DNA of 63,165 nucleotides, the filler included, from Octopus bimaculoides (lineage: Eukaryota): NCBI RefSeq assembly GCF_001194135.2. It is 3 parts of 3 records of this genome, joined end to end, with 100 filler letters (N's around TTAATTAATTAA, not from the genome) between each part and the next. Parts side by side here need not be neighbours in the genome. Positions count along the whole stretch, not along the records: positions 24,453 to 53,752 come from NC_068982.1; 2 more parts are not named here. One strand, given 5' to 3'. The translations under genes and the position numbers were made by a program. The notes beneath the pieces are model-generated. The model searched no databases, was not told the origin of the DNA, and saw only the letters and a list, made by a program, of their open reading frames with translations. Shown here in pieces: positions 37,869 through 51,668 of the stretch (positions within the stretch are counted from its first letter, which is position 1; every line of letters starts with the position of its first letter).

Positions 37869-38360
37869 TAGACCGCAGAGAGTGTCGAAGGATATGAGCT
37901 CAAACCGCAGAGAGTGGTGAAGCTGGATACTTGCAAAATCCTCTGGGATTTCCCAATCTAAACGGATCAGGTGCTAAAGCATAACAGACCGGACCAAGTG
38001 GTAGTCGATAAGATGCTCCGCATGTGCGAGATAGTTGATGTTGCGTGCCACTTTGACCCACAAATATTCAAGAAGGAGGCGACAAAAAATAGATAAATAC
38101 AACACTCTTAATTACGAAGTAGCCGAGCTATGGAAAATTAAAAAGGTGAAGATAGTGCTAAATATTGTTAGGCCCTTGGAAACAGTATCAGAAGGAATCA
38201 AGTGGAATATAAAGAAAATCGAAATAGAGTGCGCAGTAGAACTGTTACAAAAGTTTTGCCTTCTTGGTACGGCCAGAATAATCAGGAAAATATTAGATAG
38301 TTGAAAAGAATTGACAGAATTGTATCGAAAACTCCAGGAGTTACAACAAAACTTGAGATA
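37869..38360 (+). mobile_element. R4/Dong-like REL fragment
   Basis: KILWDFPI*TDQVLKHNRPD..IVDVAC..KIDKY..LLQKFCLLGTARIIRKILDS*, ending in (AAT)n. Confidence 0.88.
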
Positions 38361-40247
38361 AAAAGAAAAAAATAATAATAATGATAATATAACTACCACT
38401 ACTAATGCAACTGTTATAACTACATACGCTAATGTTTTCATATTTAATGAAGGTCTGTCACGGCTAATCTTCAATAAACTTATCAAAATAATGTTTTCGC
38501 TTTCGTATTATACTGCGCGTACATATGCACATAACACATTCACACACACATACTCTAACATCCATGCACTTAGGCATTAATATATTTTTAGTATTTGATT
38601 ATTGCTTCATGCTGAAGTGGGTAAAGTTTGTCCAAATATTTGTCTATACTATAGTTAATCCTTCTCTTCTATCGCTTTTTTTTTTCAATGAATTGGTGCT
38701 TCATAGGTTGTTTCGAAATCAAAAGAATTAAAAGATTAGTATAATATAGACCTAATAAAAAATACACGAAAATATCATCTTAATAGTAGAATAAAATATC
38801 ACATTCCAAATCTCATCCTATCCAATGTAAATGCAAATGTTGCAAAGGATACACTAAAAGCAAAAGTAATGCTTTAATAAACATTGGGTGTATTTCCATT
38901 TAAAAAGAATTTCATATATAATATATTCTTAAATAATTTATCCTATTAGGCTACAGTGGATATTAGCAAAATTTTGAAATGTCATATTCCTCCAATCACA
39001 AATATTTAAGTAGAAGTATCGATTTAAAAACGGTAGTTTGTACCTAGATATAACATTGATATATTGCTGACAATATTTCCATAAGGCTAGTTACTTATTT
39101 CTGACAAATTGGAAGTGAGATATACTGCAAAATATCATGCAGCCTTCAATGTGTGCTTAACATTGGCCCTGGAGACAATGGTCTCACAAACTGATTCTAA
39201 GAGTTCAGTACAATATCCGAACATCTTTTTCGAACATTTTCCGCTGAGCGTCTAACATGTATAACAAAATAACACGTAATAACAGAAATCTCTCTGGATG
39301 GTAGACATCAGATTTTAAAGAGATGTTTCATAACTTGAAAACATACGGCATTCAGATAAAATTTCTAGTGTATCTGTTTATATCACACATGCTTTAATGT
39401 TATATATAAAAGATACCCGAAAATATAGAACTTATATATCTTAATTTACTAACCATCAACTCACATAATGACGGAGAGAACTGAAGGCTATATCCATGTA
39501 TAATCACACAAACATCAATTTGATACTACATAGTAAGATAATTATTTCCAACAAACAAATGCATTACACTCTTGTTTACTAGAGAATATTTCAAACAGCA
39601 CAGCTTCTATCGCATTAACATTTCACATACAAACAGTAAGACTCCAATCATCATACACAATAATTCAATGTCGTTCACACATCACATGCTGGGCATGATT
39701 ATCAAAACATGAAGTCAATAAAGAGTACAAATCTTTAGAACAACGTAACACAATCTTATCTCTAGTTTCTTAAGTTGTTTTGATAAGTTGCTATTGAAAA
39801 CGTGATCAGTTGTCCTATTCTAGATTTGTTGTTATTGTTCTTTAGTTCCTCCATCAGTCTTAACTAGTAGACCAATGATCAAAAGCGTCCCAGGATTAAT
39901 TATCTAATATCTCTTTTGGAGAATGGGTGTGGTTTGAGGGAGACACCGCTGCATTTTTTAGTAGATTGTGCTACTACGTAGAAGCTTCTTATTCAAATTT
40001 ATCAGTTCTCAGGGTTTGGAGATCAACGCTAGTAGTTAATAATACATTTAATTCCTACACAATTCATCAGCTGTTTACCAAAAGTCTGTTGCAACATTTT
40101 CCAGCACAGTTATAAAATATACGTGTAAAAGATAATTGGTTTGTTCAAAACCAAAATATATGTGCTGTAATCGAGTATAAATAACACAGGTGACACAATA
40201 TCAACTTCGCTCGCGTTAGGTGCGAAAATCAAATTACAAACAATATA

Positions 40248-40329
40248 TTAGATCCATCTTGTATATTGGCAATTCTGATTAGAAAAGAAACCAAGCAAAG
40301 CATTAATAAATTCATCTACAAAGTGTTCT
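40248..40329 (-). CDS. Candidate terminal exon EHFVDEFINALLGFFSNQNCQYTRWI*
   Basis: Acceptor AATGTTTTCAAG; followed by ~1.4 kb of unique U/G-rich sequence that looks like a 3' UTR. Confidence 0.3.
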
Positions 40330-40807
40330 CTTGAAAACATTACATGCACACGCACTCACATATATTTACACACACATATAGACACAGTGACACATAGGGC
40401 GTATGAGGAAATTTATATTATGATACAGGTACAGATACAAATTTACACGTCGGGCCTATGAAGAAAGTCATGTTCTGACACACAACCTGCTGGAAATAGC
40501 TAGTAAATGTCCTTCAGATAACACCTTCTGCCTAAGAAAAGAAGAACACTATATCATATATTTCTACATAATACTGCTAAACTAGATCTTTTATCTTTTA
40601 CTTCTAGACTGCAGCCAAACTAGCGCACCACCTTGACTTTTTCGTGAACGAACTGACCTCCTATGCTTATTTCATTTTTTAAAGTCTGGTATTTATTCTA
40701 TCAGACTCTTTTGCTGAACTGCTCATTTATGGAGACGTAAACACACCAACACCGGTTGTCTAGTGGTGGTGGAGCACAAAGACACACCTACACACGCAGA
40801 AACACAT

Positions 40808-40843
<36 letters not shown>

Positions 40844-40859
40844 TAGAGACAGATGGGTG

Positions 40860-41105
40860 GGGTGTGTGGCTTAGTGGTTAGGGTGTTGGACTCATGATCG
40901 TAAGATTGTGGTTTCGTTTCCTGGACCGAGCGATGCGTTGTGCTCTTGAGCAAAACACTTCATTTTACGTTGTTCCATTCCACTCAGCTGACAAAAATGA
41001 TTATTCCTGCGATGGATCGGCGTCACGTCCAGGTGGAGAATTTCTACTCCACTGAAACCGGGAAAACGGCCTTTATGAGCTTGGGGTGACTCGAGAAGGA
41101 AGCAT
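40860..41105 (+). mobile_element. SINE with a family A head and an alternative 3' module
   Basis: TGGCTTAGTGGTTAGGG A box and TTGAGCAAAACACTT core, then CCTGCGATGGATCGGCGTCACGTCCAGG tail. Confidence 0.8.
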
Positions 41106-41734
41106 TTCTTCTGTAGACAGATGGAGATATTATTATACACGACGGACTTCTTTTAGATTCCTTCTACCAAATCCACTCGCAGCGCTTTGGACGATCCAAA
41201 GTAAGAGAAGTAGAAGATATTTTCCCGAAGTGCCACGCAGTGAGACTGAGCTTGGAATAATCTGGTTAGGAAACAAACTTATCCCACAGCTCGAATTCTT
41301 TTAATCTTAAGTTTGCTAGATCACCATTGATCAGGTAAACAATGGTAACACAGCCGTTTTTACACGCACATCCTAATAACACATACACCGGATGTAGATT
41401 TAATGTTCACGTTGTTTCTACATCGAAAAGGTCAACATACACGTCAATGAAAAAAACTTCTTTTTTTCTTGTAATTAACATTTCCAGCAATTCCATGAAA
41501 CTTGAATGCACTCCTATTATTATAACTGATCATACGAGTTATGGGTATTCTTTCTTTTTTTTTTGTATTTAATTTAAATTTGTTAACGTATATAGTTATT
41601 TAATTCCATTTGTTTATCTGTGTATTGTATTTTATTTTGTTCATATTGTTATCAATTTATGGGGATCTTATTCTGTCATATATTGTGGTGTGTTCGGTGT
41701 GTGTGTGTGAATAATAACACCCGAATCCTTCATT

Positions 41735-43090
41735 CACACTATGCCAAACCTATTGTCTCCAAATATCTGATTCACCGAAACTCGGTTATCGTGGACAATG
41801 CTAAATTCAATATATTGATGGCAGACCTTGTCAGAGTAATACGAAATGTGTCCCCCATGTGCGACCTTACAGAGTTAAAGAGACACATACAACATTTCGT
41901 TCACCGCATACAGTTCTCATGATACAGCTATAAAGAAAGGATCAGAGTATACAAATGAGCCATGAGGAAATTTGAAACTATCATACGTAACGATAGTAAT
42001 GGAATTTGCCCACTCTATAGGAGCAAGTCATAGAGCACCATTGAAAGGACTAAGACGAAAATAGGGAAGGCCAACTCATGGTATGATAGCCACAAATACC
42101 AGAGTACCATGTTCGTCGACACCACCCCTAGAGGCGAACTGGCATACCGCTTTAGAAGGACGCTAGACAAACTTAAGCTAAGAATTAAGGTTGTTGAAAG
42201 GCCAGGCAACCCTATCAAATCCCTAATCGGTAGAACCTTTTAGTAGAAACCTTGCACTGATAGGAATTGTACTGTATGTAGATTTAGCCCACAAACAAAC
42301 TCTAAAGCCAGAAATGTAGTCTATAGTATAAGATGTACAGAGAGACAACGACGTACGTAGGGGAAACGGCACGGAGTATAGGAGAGCGAGTAAATGAGCA
42401 TTGCAGGGAACTTAAGGAAGAGAAGAGATCATCGGTTCTGTACCAGCACACCGAGCAGGAACACGGGGGCTCACTCAACAACATAGAAGTTCAAATCTTG
42501 TCCACATATTGAACGGACGCAACGCTTAGACAAATTACAGAAGCTACACACATAATAGAAGATAAACCTAGCCTGAAGAGGAAACTGGAATTGAACACTA
42601 GCGCATACCCCCAATACATAACAACATATGACAGAATAAGATCCCCATAAACTGATAACAATATCAACAAAATATAATACAATACACCGATAAACAAATG
42701 GAATTAAATAACTATATACGTTAACAAATTTAAATTAAATACAAAAAAGGAAATAGAAAAAATAATAAGTAGGTATAAACACATGATCAAATAAATAAAA
42801 GCAAATTAAACAAACGTGTATAAACAGGGGATACAGATAATACAGACACTCTCCCCACACACACGCACTAACTAAACATAGACACACATAGGGGTGTACG
42901 CATGCGCAAATAAAGACACATACAATAGGAATACAAAATACAAAATGGCTGATCGTTAGTAAGGAAAGACACAGAAATAAGAATGAAGACAGCAAAGGAC
43001 TACTGATGAAGTCACAGAAGTGTGACGAAAGAACTCTGGCCGAAATACGACTACTGTAAAAAATAAAATAAAGCTGAAGCAAATTAACAC
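41735..43090 (+). mobile_element. 5'-truncated Penelope-like element (RT thumb + GIY-YIG endonuclease + 3' terminus)
   Basis: YAKPIVSKYLIHRNS..LYRSKS..NSWY..FVDTTPRGELA..IKVVERPG..CTVC..NVVYSIRC..YVGETARSIGERVNEH..LRQITEA; hammerhead-like motif at 43003-43040. Confidence 0.9.
42995..43041 (+). ncRNA. Minimal type-I hammerhead ribozyme-like motif
   Basis: GGACTA-CTGATGA-A-GTCAC-AGAAGT-GTGAC-GAAA-GAAC-TC-TGGCC: intact core, perfect 5-bp helix II, 2-bp helix III, imperfect helix I. Confidence 0.55.
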
Positions 43091-43217
43091 CAAATATATA
43101 GTGCGTGTGTTTTTATTGGCTAAACTGGCAGCATGACCATCCCCGAATACAACGATATCTGTTTCAAAACACGATTTTACATCAAGAATCTTGCAAAATC
43201 GATATATAAACCTACAT

Positions 43218-43268
<51 letters not shown>

Positions 43269-44781
43269 CAAGAGAGAGAGAGAGAGATAATATTAATGAC
43301 TTGATGATGATGTTGACGATGTTGATATTAATGAGATTGAGTAGTAGGAGAACGACAAGCAAGGACAAGGAGGATAAAGACTCGGATGAACATCCCTTAC
43401 CGACATGTTCTTTGATAGCAAACACGTTTGGATCGGCTGTTATGTAATGAGTTCCGAACTAGTTACTGCCGTTACAGAAAGTGTTGGTCGAATGACTTTT
43501 TTTTTTGTTCTATTTATTCTACTTTCTTTCTCACATTTTATTTTGCTATTACGTTAATTCTTATAGTCTTTAAACATTGCCAGGTATTAGAAATGTATGA
43601 GGTGTGTCTTCTTGAATATGACAATATAACAATAATCTTTCCTGAATATGACAATAATCTTTAAAAAATCAATATTAGCAGAAAAGCCAAAACTCTGAAT
43701 ACGGAGAGCTTCTAACTATTTTACATTAAAATATTATTATACAATATGAATACATTACGCAAATTTTGCATTCAAAGACAAATGAAACACAAAAAGTATT
43801 ATTATTCATGGCTGCAGTTTGTTTCGATATTCTACAATAACGTGTCGAATCACTTTTAAACAAAAGATATACTTGCATAACATTAGTTTGTTGCTAAAGC
43901 AAACTCTTTGAAAGAATTCTCACGTAACTCAGATGCTTACACAACACACAGCAAGGAAAAGTAAAAGTAAGATTGCATTCTTAATTTTACCCAATCTGTC
44001 TTGATTTCAATTGTGTTTCATAGACCATAGACAATTGACCACCAATTATGCTTCCTTTCACGATTCTAGACATTTAAACAATGACACACGCTGCACCATT
44101 GTGATTTGTATAGTGAAAATCCACACCATTATAACTCATGATTTATCTTCTCTGCTGGAATTTTGATAAATTTTAATCATTTAATATTGTTGCATATATT
44201 TACTCAATTAGACTTAGTTGGATTGCTAAGTAAGTAAAGGCATACACCCCCACCACACACAGAATGTTAAGTAACTAGAGATTTATAAATATTTATACAC
44301 ATAAACATAAATACGCGTGTCTATGGCTCTCGTTCGGTGATGTGGACAGTAAGGGAGACAACTTGGACCATCACAATGGCAAATTGTGCTGAAGTTCCTT
44401 CTACTATGTGTAGTTAGTACAAAGTATTTGAACTATTGCTGTTGTTGTTACGACACAGTAACAATTAGAATATAACAAAATAGCAGCGCCATGTGATTTT
44501 TGTAAGAAAAGCATATGAACGTTCAGAACTGGCATCATGAAACATTAAATTGTTTTCGCTTGTGTTTCAGCATCATTAAATTGTCTATTAGCACGATTGA
44601 AACCGGTAACATATTAAGTCAAAAATTTGATTACGTACTGGTTCTTTTCTTCCCCTATGTTATAATGGTAACCTTTCAATTATATCAAAGCTCTGATTCT
44701 GTCATTCATCCCTTATTTTGTTCCTGTATTGGTGATAAAAACCTCAAAGTATTTTCTTCTTTTTTTCTTTATGATGTGTGC

Positions 44782-44831
<50 letters not shown>

Positions 44832-45156
44832 CGTGTTTGTGTGTGTGTTTTCAAAAATAAGCCTCATTTGGTCACATCCCATCAGAGTCGGTTATAAACT
44901 TTTAAGCCGACCCTTATTTGTATTTATGCATGTATACATACACACACAAACACACGCGCGCNNNNNNNNNNNNNNNNNNNNNNNNNNNNNNNNNNNNNNN
45001 NNNNNNNNNNNNNNNNNNNNNNNNNNNNNNNNNNNNNNNNNNNNNNNNNNNNNNNNNNNNNNNNNNNNNNNNNNNNNNNNNNNNNNNNNNNNNNNNNNNN
45101 NNNNNNNNNNNNNNNCAGACACAGACACAGACACAGACACACGCACACACACACAT

Positions 45157-45209
<53 letters not shown>

Positions 45210-45213
<4 letters not shown>

Positions 45214-46490
45214 AGTCTGCCTAAAAGTTGAGAGGCTGACCAAGATATTCTATTCTCATGCAATGTAACCAAATGAGTTTTATTTCTTAACATAATCCTC
45301 CTTGAAGTTCACATCTTTTGTATTGGTGTTGTGTTGCTGGGATCCCATTCTGGAAGAAGAATACATTTTGTGGATAAAATAGGCACCACCAGCAGATATT
45401 AGGTCATCGTGACTATTGTATTGGTTCCCAACCAAATGTTTTTTTAAATTTTTCTTGTTGAGGAACAGTCAGATGGGGTCAAATCAGAACAGGAAGAGTG
45501 GTCAACCAGTTCAAAGACACAGTTATGCACGGCAGCCATTGAAACCAAGACCTTGTATGCTGGAGCATTGTCCTGATGAAACGAAACACCTTTCCTTAGT
45601 TTCCCAGGGTGTTTGACCTTGATAGCCTTTCATAACTACCTCAGAAAGCTAGTATAACACTCTCAATTGATGGTGTTGTGACCTTTTGAAGATAGTCAAT
45701 AAACACAATGCCTTTTGCATCCCAAAAATCAGAAGTAATCATCTTCCCGGCAGATGGAGGACCTTGGCTTTCTTTGGAGCATGGGGAGGGGCATGTTTCC
45801 ACTGCATTGATTGTCACATTGTCTCTGGTTCAAAGTGATGAACCCAACACTCATCCTTAGTTAGGAAACGTTCAGGGAAATCAGCTGGATGTGCCTGAAG
45901 CAAAGTTAGATTTCTATGTGATGTGATCAGCTCGGTGTTCTTTCGTTGAGGTGTCAGAAGACGTGGCACCCGCCGAGCAGTAACCTTCATCATGCCAAGT
46001 TCATTGTGCAGAATATTCTCAACTGTCTAACAGGATATTATTCTGAAAGCGTTGGCTATTCGATTTATTGTCAATCGTCTGTCGTCTCTTTAACATGTAG
46101 TACACACGATCACTGTTTTCCTTGGTGGTGGCAGTTGCACGATTTCTAGACTTTGGGTCACCTTCAACACACTTCATTCCCCTTCTAAATTCTGCTGTTT
46201 ACTTTTGCAATGCTAATAAAACTGGTGCGTCCTCCTTAATGTGGCAAACATATCAGCATCAATGTCCTTGAGGACTAAACGCTTTTCTCTAGGTACTTGT
46301 TAAATCCATGATATTATGTGTTCTCCATTTTTAAGAGAAATGGTTACTAGTTACTTCTGAAGACTTCTTTGAACAATGAGATATTAGTTTACCTGTAATG
46401 AAACAATGCAGTAATTAATAAGAAGGACTGAAGTAATGCCTGCAACATTTCACAACTGTACCCTCTGAACTGACTTCTCAGCCTGCCCCG
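45210..46490 (-). mobile_element. Near-full-length mariner (DD34D), pseudogenised
   Basis: Degenerate TIRs with TA at 46491; motifs KVTARRVPRLLTP, RFLTKDECWVHHFEP, HQDNAPAY, SDLTPSD. Confidence 0.9.
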
Positions 46491-46569
46491 TATATATATT
46501 ATTCTATTCGCAATAAGAAACTATAACACGTTTATAATGAAGTTGTTGCTATCTTTTATGGTGATAACA

Positions 46570-46718
46570 ATGCTGATCATGAACCTGATGATGATGACGA
46601 CGATGACAACGATGATGATGATCGTAATGATGATGGTAGTGGTGGTGGTGGTTGTGGTGGTGGTGGCGGTGGTGGTGTTGGTGGCGGTGGTGGTGNNNNN
46701 NNNNNGATGATGATGATT

Positions 46719-46790
<72 letters not shown>

Positions 46791-46815
46791 TTGATGATGA
46801 TGATGACGATGATGA
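46570..46815. repeat. (GAT)/(GGT)n microsatellite
   Basis: Visible runs. Confidence 0.95.
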
Positions 46816-47357
46816 ATTTAATTATTTCTATTTCAATCTGAAGAAACAGAAGGTACAGAATATTGTTTACTACACACTGCAAAATCAATATATCTCCCAC
46901 TTACTTTTTCAATCGATATGCTACGTAAACATATACCTCAGACCCAATCCAATACACACAAAATTTATTGAGTCACATACCATCAAATTGTTCGGAAGTG
47001 ATTTGGACATTACCAATGTTTCAACATGAAAACATTTTACATCAGTAACAAGATTTGGTTCTTGTTTTCTAGCATTCATATTTGTTTTGATCTTGGAATT
47101 TTGCTTCGTTCATAACATTACTGCTATTCCTCCTAAGAGCTGTACTGCAACAACTGTTACGTGTATGAGCGGCGTTTCTGCTTCAACTAATAAAACTAAT
47201 ATTTTTTCTGCTGTAGATGTAAGGCTAGAAATCTTGGCATATTGGGCTACTCAATTAGATCGACTTCCAGTGATCGACTAGGACTTAACTCATCGAACCT
47301 GAAAGGATGAAAGGCAGAATCGACTTTCGTGGCATGCGCTGCTCTTTCATCTAAAAG

Positions 47358-47453
47358 GAAGAAGAAGAAGAAGAAGAAGAAGAAGAAGAAGAAGAAGAAG
47401 AAGAAGAAGAAGAAGAAGAAGAAGAAGAAGAAGATGGGGTGGGAGAAGAAGAA

Positions 47454-47492
<39 letters not shown>

Positions 47493-47575
47493 GAAGAAGA
47501 AGAAGAAGAAGAAGAAGAAGAAGAAGAAGAAGAAGAAGAAGAAGAAGAAGAAGAAGAAGAAGAAGAAGAAGAAGA
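47358..47575. repeat. (GAA)n-(GAT)n-(GAA)n tract
   Basis: Visible runs. Confidence 0.97.
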
Positions 47576-47744
47576 ATATTCCGCTAATGTGGATACCTGG
47601 GAAAGAGCGGGCTGCTACCTATTGAACAGAAAAGGTGCCGAAAGAGGAGCCGAGGAACGAAAGATCAGCTCTTAATTGATAATATAATTATCAGGAACTA
47701 CAAGAGAAGATACACAGTCCTGAGCATGGCATGGGTTGATTATC

Positions 47745-47940
47745 GTAAAGCATACGATATGATAACAGACTTCTGGATAAGATGCACCACATATTCTATG
47801 TAGTTGATGTTGCATGTCCGTTTGACCCACGAATAGTCAAGAAGGAAGGCGAAAATATAGTGCCCAGTAGAACTGTTGCAAAATGTTTGCCTCCTCGGTA
47901 CGTCCAGAAAAATCAGGAAAGTATAAGACAGCTGAAAAGA
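47745..47940 (+). mobile_element. Deleted R4/Dong-like REL fragment related to 37869-38304
   Basis: Shared GTTGATGTTGC..TTTGACCCAC..CAAGAAGGA and GTAGAACTGTT.CAAAA..CTCGGTACG.CCAGAA. Confidence 0.7.
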
Positions 47941-48015
47941 ACGGATAGCTTGGTAGCGTAGACCACTACGCATGTAAGATTATGGGGGCTCCAACAAAAC
48001 TTATGATAAAGGGAA

Positions 48016-48075
<60 letters not shown>

Positions 48076-48078
<3 letters not shown>

Positions 48079-48230
48079 GGGTACTCGGAGAACTAAGAAT
48101 CAATTTCGAGAAATATGTCAGAGAAATCAGAATTAACATGAGAGCAGAGTAAGCTCCCCAAATTGCTCTGCTAAGATTTTGAGATTGATATTTGAGCATT
48201 GGATGTCTTCCACGATAATCAACAACCATG
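48076..48230 (+). mobile_element. Short R4/Dong-like C-terminal fragment after (AAT)n
   Basis: Degenerate LGELRINFEKYVREIRINMRAE*APQIALL. Confidence 0.55.
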
Positions 48231-48961
48231 TATCAAAGCTTACAATGAGCGGAAACAGGCTGTTGGACCTCTGACAACAGGCCGTATTCCGCTCTCACAG
48301 AATCAACCAGAGCAAACAAAACCGAACGCTCTGAACATTAAAGCAACAACAACAAGGTGATGACGATGTTTGAAATTTTTTCATCAGATCAGTAGTTTTA
48401 GTGATATTCGATTACAGCCACTTCCAGTACTTGACAACTATTTCATTTTATCGACCCCCAAAAGGTAAAACGATGAATGCTGAAGTTGCCCTCTGTGTTA
48501 TTGAGACTGATAACGTAAAAAGCAGCCGGGCGGAATGCCGGTATACATTTGTCCGACACTTGACGGTTCTGCAAATCTATTTCCCCCATGGCAATTTACT
48601 GGTTTGTAATTGAGGTACAAGGCGAAAATTTCGAAGGAAATAGATATTCGATTAAATAGACTTGATATTTGATTAATGCCTTATTTATCGACTCTGAATG
48701 CGTGAAAGATAATGTTGACGTTGGAAGGATTAGTTCAACAGGTCACAAATATCATTGAAACAAAGGGATGAGATTTGACCGTGGAGACTGAAAGAACAAT
48801 CAATGTAAAAGCATTTTAATTATGCAATATCGAATGATAATGGCGAGTATTTAAAGGAAGCAGAAAACTGAAAATGCTTGTGGTAATTGGTGCACACCAC
48901 AGTACAGAAGTTACTGCCTAAGAAATTGATAGATGTTTGAATTAAGGCACGCATTGCTTAC

Positions 48962-49011
<50 letters not shown>

Positions 49012-49014
<3 letters not shown>

Positions 49015-49270
49015 GAAAATACGAAAATATTTGACAATGTATAGAATGCACCATCCTAAGGCAGATATACAACGACTTTATCTGCCAAGAAAAGAGGGAG
49101 GCCGTGGACTTTTACAATTCGAATTAACAATGAAGATTGCCACAATTGGCCTAGACACCTACCTGAAAAACTCTGATGACTGGATGTTAAAACTTTCTCA
49201 CAGCACGAAAACCAGAAAATACCAGAATCAGTAACAAAAGAGGCAAAGAAATATCCAAGTGAATTCCATG
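49012..49270 (+). mobile_element. R4/Dong-like post-RT fragment after (AAT)n
   Basis: RKYLTMYRMHHPKADIQRLYLPRKEGGRGL. Confidence 0.85.
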
Positions 49271-50014
49271 TAAATTTTACCAAGATTATTTAACATCCAT
49301 TAACTAAAATTAGAAATCTTTCGTGTTTTACTCAGAAGCTTTGTATTGAAGTCCTTATTGTACACGATGTTGTTTATAACAATCAGTTTTCATTGTTCTC
49401 ACTGTTTTCAGTCTGTAGAAATCATTCTCACTCTTTTTGCGCTCTCCCTTTCTCTCTCCCTCTCTTTTTCTCTTTCTTTATCTCTCTCCCTGTCTCTCTT
49501 TCTCTCCCTCTCCCCTCTCGTCTCTCAATGTCACCCTCTAAAAACAGAGGTATATAAATTAATATACTTTACCAATGACCGCGGTAATTATATACCTACT
49601 TCAGGATTATAAAATTATAGAATATGATGAAACGTATTGGAAATTGTATGTTTTCCATTTTATAATGAAACATAATTTTACATGGTACAATTCTAGCTAT
49701 TATAATTCACCGACCAGTTAAGACACCTGTTCTTAACAAAGGTTTTACTCAGCTTTAATGAAGTTTAAGGGTGTAATTCTGATTTCGTTGGAAAGTATTT
49801 GCACAAAGGTGCAAAAGCTTCTCAACCACACGCGATTTGAGAATTAGAGCTTCTTGTGACGTTCTGATTGACATGCATAAGTTCAGAAATTCAGTAGTGT
49901 TTACTTTCCATTTAGTTGTCACTAATTTACCTGTATTGAAATATTTTTGAGAAGTATCTGAAAGGTGTGTCTTTCACGCTGAGATTTTGGATGAGTGGAT
50001 GACACTCATAATAA

Positions 50015-51510
50015 TAATCATCCCGCATTTTTGAATTATGGAGTGTATGAATCTATACGGTATTGAATCGAATGCTGAGCGATCGCTTGGAAAAAATATG
50101 GCGAATTAGAGTGTGGACCTGACAGCATACGGAAGAAGCTGATGGACAGTAGAAATTAGGAGGGGCATCTTCCACGGGGAATGCCTGTCCCCACTGATCT
50201 TTGTACTGTGCTTGATACCACTAACGCTGATTCTGAGGAAAGCAAAAGTTGTGTATGTATTCAAAAGCCACCAACAAAAAGTCAGCCATTTGTTATTCAT
50301 GAAGCAGATAGAAGAGACCGGCTATAAGTACTTGGACATTTGGGAAATGGATAAATTATTGGAGAAAGAAATGACAGAAAAATTTAAGGTGAAGTACTTG
50401 CGCAGGCTGAGACTGATCCTAAAGTCGAAATTACATAGACAAATAAGATAGAAGCTATCAACACCTGGACGGTTTCACTCCTTACATATAGAGCAGTGTA
50501 ATCGTATGGACAGTAGACGAACTAAACAGCTTAGACAGAAAGACAGGGATGTTGCTAACAAGATATACGTCTCTCCACTCAAGAAGTGACACAGGCAGTC
50601 TGTGTGTACCAAGAAAAAGAAGGGAAAGAGGATCTATTGGATATGAACACAGCATTAGAGCAGAAGAAAACAACATAGCATGGCATCTAAAAACCGCCAC
50701 AGAACCGCTATTATTAGAAGTAAGAAGGTCAGGCTTGTGTAGGATGAAAGCCTGCAAAGATAAAGCACTATACAAGAAATTGCAAACGAATGAAACTGAA
50801 AATAGGTTGGTAAAGAAAAGAATGCATAGTCAATTTCATAGGGATGTTGAAGATAAGACAGACAGAGAAAAATGGCTGTGGATGACTAAAATTGATTTAA
50901 AACCGGAAACGGAGGCTCTAATATGGGCAGCCCAAGAGCAAACACTAACAACAAACTACATAATATATGGAATAGACAACACATCAGAAAGTTTTAATTG
51001 CAGAATCTGTGAACAAAACAGTGAAACCGTATGGCATATTGCCAGCCAATGTACGCCACTAGCCCAGAAGGAATATAAGGGACGCCACGACAATATAGCC
51101 AAGCTGGTCCATTGGACTCTTTGCAACAAGTATGGACTTAGAGAAAAAAGTTGGTACGGCCACAAACCTGAAGGCATCGGCGAAAATGGAAATGCAAAGA
51201 TCCTATGGGATTTTATGATTCAGTGCGACCATGAGATAGAGAATAGGACGCCAGAGATAGTCTTAATTGAGAAGGAAAACAAGCTATGCTAGATCATAGA
51301 TATAGCATGCCCAAGTGAGAATAAGGTATCCAATAAGGAAGAAACAAAATTAGGGTGGAGCACTTGCAGAAACCAGCACTGCTTGGAACCGCTCGAATAC
51401 TATGGAAAGTGCGCAAAAGTACTCGAAAAATAAGAGGTGTTACTCCAGTGCACTGGTAGTGAACAGCTGACACTGTAATACATCTCCAGCGTTAGAAGCT
51501 GTGCAAAGGC
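50015..51510 (+). mobile_element. R4/Dong-like retrotransposon (partial RT, CCHC finger, REL endonuclease, 3' UTR), decayed
   Basis: IRRGIFHGECLSPLIFVL, GYKYL, LKPETEALIWAAQEQ, CRICEQNSETVWHIASQC, RHD, KILWDFMIQCDHEI; ends in (AAT)n. Confidence 0.92.
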
Positions 51511-51579
<69 letters not shown>

Positions 51580-51668
51580 AAGAAGAAGAAGAAGAAGAAG
51601 AAGAAGAAGAAGAAGAAGAAGAAGAAGAAGAAGAAGAAGAAGAAGAAGAAGAATATCTATCTTTCTTT

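Noticed and set aside
44570-44604. 35-nt micro-exon candidate IIKLSISTIET
   Set aside because: Splice sites are plausible, but it cannot be linked to any other exon or family
47358-51652. (GAA)n tracts as functional triplex elements
   Set aside because: They can form H-DNA, but such tracts are common in this window and nothing indicates function
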